Shown: positions 30,195 to 39,900 of the stretch, piece by piece
Position numbering within the stretch: the first letter of the stretch is position 1
Layout of the letters: each line of letters begins with the position of its first letter
NCBI GenBank assembly: GCA_043823065.1
Contig: JBDRBB010000001.1
Location: 123,045 to 187,044 of the forward strand
From: Pseudomonadota bacterium
Lineage (GTDB): Bacteria > UBA10199 > 2-02-FULL-44-16 > DYJF01
Direction of reading: 5' to 3'
Length of the DNA stretch: 64,000 nucleotides
The notes under the pieces: generated by a model
What the model saw: only the letters and a program-made list of their open reading frames with translations
Databases searched by the model: none
Told to the model about the DNA's origin: nothing
Translations under genes and position numbers: made by a program

Positions 30195-30565
30195 TTTTAG
30201 GAATCGGCATAGACATTGTAGATGTTAGAAGAATTGAAGATATTATTGTGCGTTGGCAAGATGCTTTTTTAAGACGCGTGTTTACTGATGATGAAATCAG
30301 GCATTGTAATAACAAGAAAAATCCTGCGCAGCGTTTTGCCACGCGTTTTGCAGCTAAAAAAGCTTTTATCAAAGCGCTTTATCCCAAAGGGGAGACAAAT
30401 TTTTCCTACACAGACATTGAAATTGGCGAGAAAAATCGTCGCCCAGTGGTTAACCTTTTTGGCGCTGCTAAGACTCATGCAGCAGCAGCAGAGATCAAAA
30501 ATATACACCTGATGCTTTCCCATGACGGAAATTACGGTGTGGCAAATGTAGTGCTTGAATCATGA
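30191..30565 (+). CDS. acpS: Holo-ACP synthase
   Basis: GIGIDIV, RFAAK(K)A, LSHD; typical pdxJ-acpS order. Confidence 0.9.
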   Translation: MILGIGIDIVDVRRIEDIIVRWQDAFLRRVFTDDEIRHCNNKKNPAQRFATRFAAKKAFIKALYPKGETNFSYTDIEIGEKNRRPVVNLFGAAKTHAAAAEIKNIHLMLSHDGNYGVANVVLES

Positions 30566-32103
30566 AGCTAGTGAGTTCCCAACAAATTCGAGAAGCTGAT
30601 CATAAAACTATACAGGAATATAATATTCCTTCTTTAACCCTCATGGAGAGGGCTGGCCAAGGATTGGCTGATTTTATAGCGGAAAAGTTTTCTCCGAATC
30701 GCGGATCAATTGGCATATTAGTTGGCCGCGGAAATAATGGCGGAGATGGTTTGGTTGCAGCCAGACATCTTTTAGCCAAGAATTATGATGTAGCTGTTTT
30801 TTTGCTGGCGCCTGTTCATGATCTTTCACCAGATGCCCAAGCTAATTGGGAACAATTATTTGTCTTAAAACCAAATTTCTATGAAATTGAAAGTGTGGCA
30901 GATTTAAATAATTACTATCCCCATCTAGCTGGCTGCGCCTGCTTAGTTGATGCTATTTTTGGCACAGGTCTTTCCAAAGAAATTAAAACTCCTTTTCGAG
31001 AGGTTATTGAATTTGTCAATAGCTTGGGTCGGCCGATTATTGCGTGTGATCTTCCTTCGGGTTTGTCTGCAGACACTGGTTTGCCTTTGGGCAGTGCAAT
31101 TAAAGCCAAGTGGACGGTTACTTTTGGTTTGCCAAAAATTGGTTTATATTTGGGGCAGGGTTCTTTTTATGCGGGTAAAGTTGAAATAATAGATATTGGT
31201 TTTCCCAAACAAGTTATAGATAGTTTGGATACAAAATTTCATTTACTTGATTGTGAAAATTTCCCTGTCTTTTTTAAAGAGCGCGACATCAATAGTCATA
31301 AAGGAAACTTTGGCCATGTTTTGGTGCTAGCTGGCGCTGAAAATAAATTAGGTGCTGGCTATTTGGCAAGTATGGCAAGTTTGCGGTCTGGTTGCGGTTT
31401 AGTAACTTATGCTTTGCCGGAAAACAGTTTTAATAAATTTGATGCACGGTTCCCCGAAATTATGCCAGTAGGCTTGCCAGATCGAGATCGTGGTCATTTA
31501 CATCCAGGTGGTTTGGAAAAAGCCCTAGAAATAAGTCAGGATAAAACTGTCATAGCTTTAGGTCCAGCACTTGGTACGCACCCAGAAACAAAGTCTTTTA
31601 TTTTGGATTTTATTAAAAGGGTGCGTAAACCTTTGGTAATTGACGCTGATGGCTTAAATATTTTAGCAGAAAATCTTGCTGTGATTGATCATCGTTTAGA
31701 GCCAACTGTTTTAACTCCCCATCCAGGTGAGATGGCCAGGTTGGTTGGTAGTGAAAAGGTTAAAGAAGAAAACCGCGTGCCATTGGCCTTAAATTTAGCT
31801 GCTAAACATAAATGCTATGTGGTGCTAAAAGGGCATAACACAGTAATTGCCACTCCAGAAGAAGAAATATTTATTAATCAAACCGGAAATCCAGGCATGG
31901 CCACCGCTGGCATGGGCGATGTTTTAACTGGTATTATAGCAAGCTTGCTTGCCCAAGGATTGCCAACTACTGAGGCGGTGCTGGCTGGAGTTTATTTTCA
32001 CGGTCTGGCTGGTGACATAGCAGTCAAACAAGTTGGCGAAAGAGGCCTGGTGGCTTCAGATTTAATCAAGGCCTTGCCAGAGGCAATGACGAAAAATGAA
32101 TAA
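30562..32103 (+). CDS. nnr: Bifunctional NAD(P)HX epimerase/dehydratase
   Basis: LMERAG, GNNGGDG, DLPSG, HKGNFG, DADG, TPHPGE, AGMGDVL. Confidence 0.95.
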   Translation: MKLVSSQQIREADHKTIQEYNIPSLTLMERAGQGLADFIAEKFSPNRGSIGILVGRGNNGGDGLVAARHLLAKNYDVAVFLLAPVHDLSPDAQANWEQLFVLKPNFYEIESVADLNNYYPHLAGCACLVDAIFGTGLSKEIKTPFREVIEFVNSLGRPIIACDLPSGLSADTGLPLGSAIKAKWTVTFGLPKIGLYLGQGSFYAGKVEIIDIGFPKQVIDSLDTKFHLLDCENFPVFFKERDINSHKGNFGHVLVLAGAENKLGAGYLASMASLRSGCGLVTYALPENSFNKFDARFPEIMPVGLPDRDRGHLHPGGLEKALEISQDKTVIALGPALGTHPETKSFILDFIKRVRKPLVIDADGLNILAENLAVIDHRLEPTVLTPHPGEMARLVGSEKVKEENRVPLALNLAAKHKCYVVLKGHNTVIATPEEEIFINQTGNPGMATAGMGDVLTGIIASLLAQGLPTTEAVLAGVYFHGLAGDIAVKQVGERGLVASDLIKALPEAMTKNE

Positions 32104-32524
32104 AATAACAACATCACCAGAAGAAACTAAAGAATTGGCCGCTAAACTTGCTCTCAAGTTAAAGCCAGGCCATGTTTTGGCTTTGGAAGGCGAGTTGGGT
32201 AGCGGCAAGACTTGTTTTGTGCAAGGTTTGGCCCAAGCCTTGGGTATTCCTAATAATCGTTATGTGCGTTCCCCTTCATTTACTTTGATCAATGAATATC
32301 AAGGCAAGATTCCTTTATATCATTTTGATTTTTATCGCTTAAATAATCCTGCTGAAGTGGCTGATTTAGGTATTGAAGAATATTTTGACGGCCAGGGAAT
32401 TACTGTGGTGGAATGGGCCAATAAATTTCCCGGCACATTGCCGGAGAGAACCGTGCATATTAGATTTGAAATTATTTCAGAAAATGAAAGAAAAATATCT
32501 TTTAATAACGGGATTAGTTTATGA
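32096..32524 (+). CDS. tsaE: t6A biosynthesis ATPase
   Basis: GELGSGKT, SPSF, HFDFYRL, VEWA. Confidence 0.96.
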   Translation: MNKITTSPEETKELAAKLALKLKPGHVLALEGELGSGKTCFVQGLAQALGIPNNRYVRSPSFTLINEYQGKIPLYHFDFYRLNNPAEVADLGIEEYFDGQGITVVEWANKFPGTLPERTVHIRFEIISENERKISFNNGISL

Positions 32525-32660
32525 AATTCGAATATCTAAGATCTAAATTCTAAACAAATCCAAATTTTCAAATTTCAAATGTTCAAAACAAAATGTTTAG
32601 AATTTTGGTAATTTGAATTTAGATATTGTTTAGGATTTAGGATTTCGAATTTAGATATTT
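32524..32660. repeat. Inverted array of ~7-nt AT-rich units
   Basis: Left arm units AAATTCG/AATATCT/AAATTCT; right arm units AGATATT/GAATTT/GGATTT; arms are reverse-complementary. Confidence 0.8.
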
Positions 32661-32673
32661 AATGGAGTAGAAG

Positions 32674-34029
32674 ATGAGTTATGACCTTACAATAATCGGT
32701 TCTGGCCCGGGTGGCTATGTTGCCGCGCTTTGCGCAGCCAAATTGGGCGCCAAAGTAGCTCTTGTCGAGAAAAGTGAAATCGGCGGCGTGTGTTTGAACC
32801 AAGGTTGTATTCCCACCAAGGCTTTGGCTGCTTTTGCCCATAAATTGAATCCACATTTTGCTGAAGCTTGCGAACACAAACAAAAAGTAGTTGAGACTTT
32901 AAGACAAGGAATTGAAAAACTGCTTAAAGGAAATAAAATTGAAATTATCAAAGGCGAAGCAAAATTTACTGATTCTAACCAGATTGCTGTAAATGGAAAA
33001 AATATTGATACCAAAAAAATCTTAATTGCCACAGGTTCAGCGTGGTGGACACCACCTGGTCTTACTCTAGATCATAAATTTGTCATTACTAGTGATGATT
33101 TATTGAACTGGAAAGATTTGCCAAAATCAATCTTGATTGTTGGTGGAGGAGTGGTTGGTTGTGAATTTGCCTCGATTTTAAATAACTTTGGTGTGCAAGT
33201 AAGCATTGTGGAAGCTATGAACTCTCTCTTGCCCATGGTGGAAGGCTCTTTAACCAGATTGCTGGCTAATTCATTTAAGCAAAAGGGGATTAATGTTTTA
33301 ACAGGCACAACTGTAGTTTCAGTATGTCATGGCGAGGGCGAGGATGTCATTCCCGCGAAAGCGGGAATCTCCGTTCTGCTTAGTAACAATGAAGAAAAAA
33401 ATGTTGATAAAGTATTGGTGTGTGTGGGCAGAAGACCAAATACAACTGGATTGGATCTGGAAAAAATCGGAATTGAATTAACTGAAAAAGGCGCTATCAA
33501 AGTTAATGAAAAATTTGAAACCAATGTGGCTGGGGTTTATGCTATTGGTGATGTTATCGGCAATTGGATGCTGGCTCATGTTGCGTCTGCTGAAGCTATT
33601 TCTTGTGTAGAACAAATTTTTGGCAAAGGCCAACCTCTAAAATATCAAGCAATTCCTTCGCCGATTTTTACCATTCCTGAAATTGGGGCGGTTGGTCTAA
33701 CTTCAGAGCAACTTAAACAGCAAGGTATAAATTTTAAAACTGGTAGATTTGCTTATGCTGCTTCTGGCAAGGCCTGGTGCGACAATGAAACAGAAGGAAT
33801 GGCTTTAGTGCATGTTGATGATAAAGGTAAAATTTTGGGCGCGCATATTTTGGGCAAAGATGCAACTTTACTGATTGCTGAAGCTGCGCTGGCTATTGAA
33901 CATGGTTTAACTGCCCATGATGTTGGCTCTACAATTCATGCTCACCCAACTTTATCCGAAATATTTGCTGAAGCTTGCTTGGATGCAGTGGGTGAAGCGA
34001 TACATAAGGGGGGAACCCGTTCATCCTGA
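32674..34029 (+). CDS. lpdA: Dihydrolipoyl dehydrogenase
   Basis: GSGPGG, GGVCLNQGCIP, GGGVVG, HAHPTLSE. Contains an in-frame REP; the stop codon lies inside a REP. Confidence 0.95.
   Translation: MSYDLTIIGSGPGGYVAALCAAKLGAKVALVEKSEIGGVCLNQGCIPTKALAAFAHKLNPHFAEACEHKQKVVETLRQGIEKLLKGNKIEIIKGEAKFTDSNQIAVNGKNIDTKKILIATGSAWWTPPGLTLDHKFVITSDDLLNWKDLPKSILIVGGGVVGCEFASILNNFGVQVSIVEAMNSLLPMVEGSLTRLLANSFKQKGINVLTGTTVVSVCHGEGEDVIPAKAGISVLLSNNEEKNVDKVLVCVGRRPNTTGLDLEKIGIELTEKGAIKVNEKFETNVAGVYAIGDVIGNWMLAHVASAEAISCVEQIFGKGQPLKYQAIPSPIFTIPEIGAVGLTSEQLKQQGINFKTGRFAYAASGKAWCDNETEGMALVHVDDKGKILGAHILGKDATLLIAEAALAIEHGLTAHDVGSTIHAHPTLSEIFAEACLDAVGEAIHKGGTRSS
33346..33370 (+). repeat. Family A REP in frame in lpdA (VIPAKAGI)
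   Basis: GTCATTCCCGCGAAAGCGGGAATCT; core identical to intergenic copies. Confidence 0.92.
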
Positions 34030-34132
34030 GCCCTTCGACAGGCTCAGGACAGGCTCGTCGAAGAATAAATTAATATGTGTTTTAATAAGTTAATCAAAAT
34101 TTTTTCCGTTCATGGTGAGCTTGTCGAACCAT
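34017..34132. repeat. Family B REP cluster, left flank of GIY-YIG gene
   Basis: Nested copy at 34017-34063; CCGTTCATGGTGAGCTTGTCGAACCAT at 34106-34132. Confidence 0.9.
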
Positions 34133-34145
34133 GGCTATTGAGCAA

Positions 34146-34424
34146 ATGAAAACATTTTATTTATATATTCTTAAATGCTCCGATGGTTCGTATTATACAG
34201 GTCATACCGATGATTTAGAAAAACGATTAGCTGAGCATGGGGAAGGATATTGCGAATATACTGTAAAGAGATTACCTATAGAATTAGTATTTTCAGATGA
34301 ATTTGCTACAAGAGAAGAAGCTCTGGGTAGGGAAAGACAAATAAAAGGTTGGAGTCGAAAGAAGAAAGAAGCTTTAATTGAAGGTAATTGGGATAAATTA
34401 AAACAGCTGGCAAAAGGTGAATAG
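34146..34424 (+). CDS. Small GIY-YIG nuclease (UPF0213/YhbQ-like)
   Basis: YLYILKCSDGSYYTGHT..LEKRLAEH...ALGRERQIKGWSRKKKEAL. Confidence 0.92.
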   Translation: MKTFYLYILKCSDGSYYTGHTDDLEKRLAEHGEGYCEYTVKRLPIELVFSDEFATREEALGRERQIKGWSRKKKEALIEGNWDKLKQLAKGE

Positions 34425-34428
34425 GACG

Positions 34429-34620
34429 TCCTTCGACAAGCTCAGGATGAACGGAATGAGTTGAATGGCTCAGGATGAACGGTACTTGACCGTTCATGGT
34501 GAGATATTTGGCGTACTCCGTTCGTGGTGAGCTTGTCGAACCACATAATGTGAGTACTATTTTTCATCCTTCGACAAGCTCAGGATGAACGGAATGAGTT
34601 GAATGGCTCAGGATGAACGG
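34429..34620. repeat. Family B REP cluster, right flank of GIY-YIG gene
   Basis: TCCTTCGACAAGCTCAGGATGAACGG units; 54-bp direct repeat 34429-34482 and 34567-34620; forward unit at 34518-34544. Confidence 0.92.
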
Positions 34621-34628
34621 ATTTTTTT

Positions 34629-35846
34629 ATGTCTATTATTATCCAAAAGTATGGTGGTACTTCAGTTGAATCCCTAGAAAAAATTCAACTAGTGGCCCAA
34701 AGGATTGCCAAAGCGCATAGTGCTGGAAAGCAGGTAGTAGTGGTGCTTTCAGCTATGGCCAAGGAAACCAATCGTTTGTTGGGGCTGGCTAAAGAAATAA
34801 ATCCAGAAGCTAATCCTAAGTTTACTGATATGCTGGCTGCCACAGGCGAGCAGGTGTCTATTGCGCTCATGGCCATGGCTTTGGAAAACTTGCAAATTCA
34901 AGCAGAACCTTTTTTAGCACATCAAATTGCTTTAATTACTGATGAGAACCACGGCCGGGCCCGTATTCGAGAAATCAATATCGAGCGTTTACAGAAAGCG
35001 CTAAACCAAGGCAAAGTAGCTGTGGTTGCTGGTTTCCAAGGTGTTACAGTTGAAGGTGCCATCACCACTATTGGTCGCGGCGGCAGCGACGTTACAGCTG
35101 TAGCTTTGGCTGCAGCGCTTAAAGCAAGTTCCTGTGAAATATTTACTGATGTAGAAGGCGTGTTTACTGCAGATCCGCGTTTATGCGAAAACGCCAGAAA
35201 ATTAAATCAAATCTCTTATGAAGAAATGTTGGAACTAGCTGATTGCGGAGCAAAAGTTTTGCACACTCGTTCCGTAGAAATTGCTGCCAAATATGGAGTA
35301 AAAGTTCAGGTGCGATCTTCGTTTAGCGAAGATAGCGGTACTTGGATTGTTCCAGAGGAGGAAGTTATGGAAGATGCGTTAGTGTCTGGCATTACTTGCA
35401 ATATTAACGAAGCCAAAGTTGCCATCAGGCAAGTACCAGACAAGGTGGGCGTGACCGCCCATATTTTTGAGCCAATTGCTAAATCAAATATTAACGTAGA
35501 TATGATTTTGCAAAATGTTTCTGAAGCAGGGTTTACAGATTTAACTTTTACTGTGCCAAAAGAAGATTTAAAAAAAGCCATTGCCTTAACTGAAGTAGTG
35601 GCTAAAAAAGTTGAAGCAGGCCGGGTAGAAGCAGCAGGAAATATTGCCAAGATTTCTATAGTGGGTGTGGGCATGCGTTCGCATGCTGGCGTTGCGCACA
35701 CGATATTTGAAACTTTGGCCAATCAAGGAATTGGCATTCAAATGATTTCTACTTCTGAGATTAAGGTTTCCGTAGTGGTTGATATAAAATATGCAGAACT
35801 GGCAGTGCGTGTGTTGCATGAGGCATTTAGTTTGGGAGGAAGCTAA
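34629..35846 (+). CDS. lysC: Aspartate kinase
   Basis: QKYGGTSV, GRGGSD, TDVEGVFTADPR, two ACT domains. Confidence 0.96.
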   Translation: MSIIIQKYGGTSVESLEKIQLVAQRIAKAHSAGKQVVVVLSAMAKETNRLLGLAKEINPEANPKFTDMLAATGEQVSIALMAMALENLQIQAEPFLAHQIALITDENHGRARIREINIERLQKALNQGKVAVVAGFQGVTVEGAITTIGRGGSDVTAVALAAALKASSCEIFTDVEGVFTADPRLCENARKLNQISYEEMLELADCGAKVLHTRSVEIAAKYGVKVQVRSSFSEDSGTWIVPEEEVMEDALVSGITCNINEAKVAIRQVPDKVGVTAHIFEPIAKSNINVDMILQNVSEAGFTDLTFTVPKEDLKKAIALTEVVAKKVEAGRVEAAGNIAKISIVGVGMRSHAGVAHTIFETLANQGIGIQMISTSEIKVSVVVDIKYAELAVRVLHEAFSLGGS

Positions 35847-35890
35847 TCCACCTTTGAGGAGTCACTTTGTGCCACCTCGAAGATGGATTA
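35844..35890. terminator. Stem-loop after lysC
   Basis: TAATCCACCTTTGAGG ... CCTCGAAGATGGATTA; no clear U-tract. Confidence 0.45.
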
Positions 35891-35895
35891 AGGTT

Positions 35896-35975
35896 GTCAT
35901 TCCCGCGAAAGCGGGAATCCAATGTATGAGATCCCCGCTTTCGCGGGGATGACAAACAGTGCAGGGATGACAAAC
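35896..35975. repeat. Family A REP doublet with partial tandem duplication
   Basis: GTCATTCCCGCGAAAGCGGGAATCC ... GATCCCCGCTTTCGCGGGGATGAAC-like arm, then a second GGGATGACAAAC. Confidence 0.9.
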
Positions 35976-35976
35976 A

Positions 35977-36321
35977 ATGTATATTAAGGGTTCATTAACA
36001 TTATTAGTTTTAGTTATGGTTGCACTATTTTTTCATGCAATTTCATTTAATACTAATTCAGGAACAAGTGATTTTGATCCAAAAATAACCTTTCCTGAAC
36101 AAAAAATCTTGATCCATGGTCCACTTGATCTTAACCAAGCTACTGCAGAAGATTTAGATGCTATTCCTCAAATTGGACCATCTCTTGCGCGTCGGATAAT
36201 TGAGTATCGCCAGGCTCATGGCCCCTTTAAAGATCTTGAACAATTAATTCAAGTAAAGGGTATAGGTGAGCGAAAATTAAAAATAATTGAACCATACGTT
36301 CGCTCAGGGTCCTCGCAATGA
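35977..36321 (+). CDS. comEA: ComEA-family HhH DNA-binding protein
   Basis: N-terminal TM; LDLNQATAEDLDAIPQIGP..A..IIEYR..HGPF...VKGIGE. Stop lies in a REP-like remnant (CCTCGCAATGAC). Confidence 0.9.
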   Translation: MYIKGSLTLLVLVMVALFFHAISFNTNSGTSDFDPKITFPEQKILIHGPLDLNQATAEDLDAIPQIGPSLARRIIEYRQAHGPFKDLEQLIQVKGIGERKLKIIEPYVRSGSSQ

Positions 36322-36331
36322 CAACTTTTTA

Positions 36332-36628
36332 AGCAACATACGCAACTTTGGGGTCTGTTAGAACCGATACCCCGGTTGTAAGAGCACTCCGGAACTCGGG
36401 CGAAGGATGGCGTATAAGGTTGACATGTTGTTGGAGTAGTGAATGTTCGGTTTAGTTGCGCGAAGGAAGTGTGGTTTGGCGGCCTCTGCGTAAGTCGCCA
36501 TCTAAGCCTAAAGAGCGACGTCGCAGGGCAGGCAAATTTTCGGCGTCTGAGAAAATTTGCCGTAAGCCAATCCACACTTCCTGGGAGCAACTTAAACAAG
36601 CTTATCTCAAGAGCCATCCTTTGTCTGA
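36332..36628 (+). ncRNA. Unidentified highly structured element (candidate ncRNA or large palindromic repeat)
   Basis: Nested stems 36396-36411/36613-36628, 36450-36459/36587-36597, 36464-36474/36572-36582 plus internal hairpins; GC-richer than flanks. Confidence 0.5.
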
Positions 36629-36845
36629 TGAAGGAAAATTGACGATTTGCGGGTTTTCTCATTTTGAGAATAAAATCTGGCAAAATTTAGTCCGTCTGAT
36701 TTTTGGAAAAAAATAAATTAGGGTTTGCGAGATGTTTTCAAATCTGGCAAACTCCGCTTAATTATTATGCCTTTTCCAATTTTTCACATCATATCATCGC
36801 TCTTTACGATATTCGACGTACGAAGTACGACTGACGGCTTTTATA

Positions 36846-36861
36846 TGGCATTTCCTTTGCA
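36846..36861 (+). promoter_or_regulatory. sigma54 (-24/-12) promoter
   Basis: TGGCATT-TCCT-TTGCA (GG-N10-GC) ~50 nt before ATG 36910. Confidence 0.7.
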
Positions 36862-36909
36862 AATAATAGGGTGGGGTAAGATGTGCAGCAAATACCAGGA
36901 GGTATTGTG

Positions 36910-39900
36910 ATGAGAAATTTACGTTTACTTGGAATTTGTTTGTTTAGTTTTTTGCTTTTGGCAAGCAGCCAAGTTTGGGCCCAAACTTTTTCCGCACCTG
37001 TGCCTGTTGGCTCAGATGATGCCCAAGTAGCTAATATACCAGCAGCACTTCGCAGCAGCAGAAGCAGCAATGCTACTAATCTGAAATTTTTCAATCATCC
37101 TGCTACTGCTAGCGGCACTGCAAACTTTAGTACAACTAGTCTTGATGTTACTTTAGAAGGAATAACCTATAATATGCCAGTTCAAGATCTAGTGGCTGTG
37201 CCAGGTTTAATGGCTGAACCACGAGTCCGGGCTACAGACTTAAGCCAAATGTTGGATGAAATGATAGCAGTAGCTTTAGGTTCAGGCAGAAGTAGCAGTG
37301 AATTTGTAGAACCTATGCAGGGTTTTTGCCCAGAACCTTTGGTAATTGAAAATTCTGTTTGGAATGTAGCTGGTAGAAATGCAGCTATAACCATTAATTT
37401 CATGTGCGATGTGCAAAGATCAACTCGTAGTCGACCTAATTTTTATAATCAAAGCGATTATCAACTTGAAGTTGCTGATATTCGCAACACCACAGGTGCA
37501 GGTGAGTTTGCAACTTTAATTGATGGCGATGCTTTGGTGCCAACTGCACTTGGCGATGCCCAGCAAAGTTTAGCACCATATTCAGCGCAAACCTATCCAA
37601 CTACAATCGGCAGTGACCAACATTTTGCCTATCAGGGTAAGTTGATTGAGGAAAGACCTGGTATGGCTAGGATTAGACACATTGAAAATCTGGTAGCCCC
37701 TTATGTAAATATGTTTACCTATGGCTTGGCAGATTTGGAACAAAGTGTTGTAACTGCAGCTTATGATCCGGTTTTGGTTGAAAAGCTGGTGGCTTTAGCG
37801 GGAAATTTTTTCAGCGCTGATCTTGCTGGTGTTCCAGCAAGTTGCAGAGGTTCTGAAGGTTGTTTTTTAGGCCAAGCTACAATTGATCCAAGCATGCCAG
37901 GTTTTGAAGGATTGTATGAAGCACTTTTAACTCATGTTTCTCCATTAATCTTTTTCCGCAAAGATCAGAGCCAACACAGATTGCGCTTATCAGGTTATTC
38001 TACCTTGCAGTTTGCAGATATAGATATAGAGCATCTTCCAGGCACAATGGGTAATTTTTTATGGCAGATGTTGATGAGTTTAAATTTTAATACTATTGAT
38101 GTTCAACACATTGCCCGGCAAAGTGATGGCCAGCATTTTCTGGCTGTGGTTAACCAAGCCACTCTTGGTAGCATCGATTATCCAGTTGTTGATTTGGCCC
38201 TAAGGCGAGTGCCTTTTAGTGATGGTAGCTCTTACAACTGGCGCGCTCTGTTGGGCACAGGCGCTGGCACTGGTTTTGTTCCTTTGCGCCATGCTGGAGA
38301 ACCAGGTGAAATATATTTTCCGCATAGTGCAGTTTCTTATGTTACTTTTTGGCAGCAGGAAAATGACTCAATTAATCCTAATGAAGCTTTTCAGCCAGTT
38401 GCTTTTGGTTTGATTGGCCCTGGCGCATATTCCTCAACCAATCTCACAGATGTAATTGGCGACACAACCAGACAATATTTTGTAGTAGCTTCTGGTGATA
38501 TAACCACAATTACTGACGCAATTGTTCCACCAAATTATTATATCTATAAATTTACCACTGAACCTACAGAAGAAAATGCCTTGTATTTTGATCCTCAACC
38601 AGCACGGGATAATGCCAATATTTGGCCCACACCAGGTATTGTTGCTGAGCCTTATTTGGTGAAGTCACCATACGGTTTTGCTCCTTATGAAGTGCAAGCA
38701 GCAGACCTGGATGGCAATGGCTGTTCGGAAATTATCTTAACTCATCGTGGAGCTGATACAGCTTGGGTTCCTCCTCTAGCAGATGAAACCTTTAGTAACA
38801 GGCCTGGTGAAAATGTTCGGTTCCAAAGCAGCGTGCCAGATGATCACAGAATGTTTTCTGATTGCTTTACTGTTTATTTTGGCCAAGTTTCTGGAGATAA
38901 GTGCGTGTTTGGAACCAGTCGCCGCGATTTTTGCGGCGCTTTGGAATCTTCCCGCCAAATTGCTTCAGTTGCTATTACAGACACCAACAATGACGGCCAT
39001 TTAGATATAGTTGCTGGTGATCTAGTGCCTTATGAAGTTCCAGGCACTGGAACCTATACTGGCTATGCTCATGTTTATGAAGGCCCAATTATTCCGACCG
39101 CATCTGGCGGTTCAGTAAAGACCCGTGGCGAGGCAGATGATTATATCCGTTTTGGTTATGAAACCACTACTTATTCACCATTTAGTGAAGCTTCAGGAAC
39201 GCCGGCAGATTATTTAGCAGAGCTTGCTGAAGGTTCTGATAAAGGTGTTGTTGGCGTGGGAAAACTCACCGTAGATGCCAACGGCAACTTAGCTGCTGTG
39301 CTTGGTTTGCCAGTGATGTTGCCTTCAATGGGTTGTCCTCAATATGATGTTCGTGAAGATACAACTGTAGCTAGCTGGCCGGAAATGTGGATGGCGCTTT
39401 TGCGTGAACGCGCTGTGCCAAATTCCAGCAGATTAACTGTTGAAGGTTATTCCAATATCATGCCAGCTAGATGTATAATTCCTGGGGATATGCCATCACC
39501 TCCATCTTTCCCCAGACGTGAGCCAATTCCCAGACCTGAGACAGGACCAGATCCATTATTAGATGATGGAGGAGGAAGCGGTCCATTAGATGAAACTACT
39601 GGGGAGTATTGGGTCCCAGACTTTAGTGGCAGATTAACTCCAGGTGATGATGGAAGGCTAATAGGACCAGATTATAGAGAAAGAATATGTCTAAATCCTG
39701 AGTATATATATCGTTCTGGAGAGAGTGAGACATTACCTTGCTGTAGCAGATGTGAAGATATATCCAGCCCTCAATTAGCGCTATGCAGGGATTATTGTGA
39801 TGGCCCAGGAGAACTTGATGCTGATTTTGAAGTAATGTGTGAGCATATAATGGAAGAATGCGATGATGGTGATGACTCTCTTGGTCGATATAGAATGGAC

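Noticed and set aside
36625..36640. Hammerhead ribozyme core (CUGAUGA...GAAA)
   Set aside because: No stem II can form and there is no NUH cleavage triplet at the required position.
36249..37094. Several short overlapping ORFs (61-144 aa)
   Set aside because: They overlap on both strands in a structured, GC-richer or promoter region and show no protein motifs.
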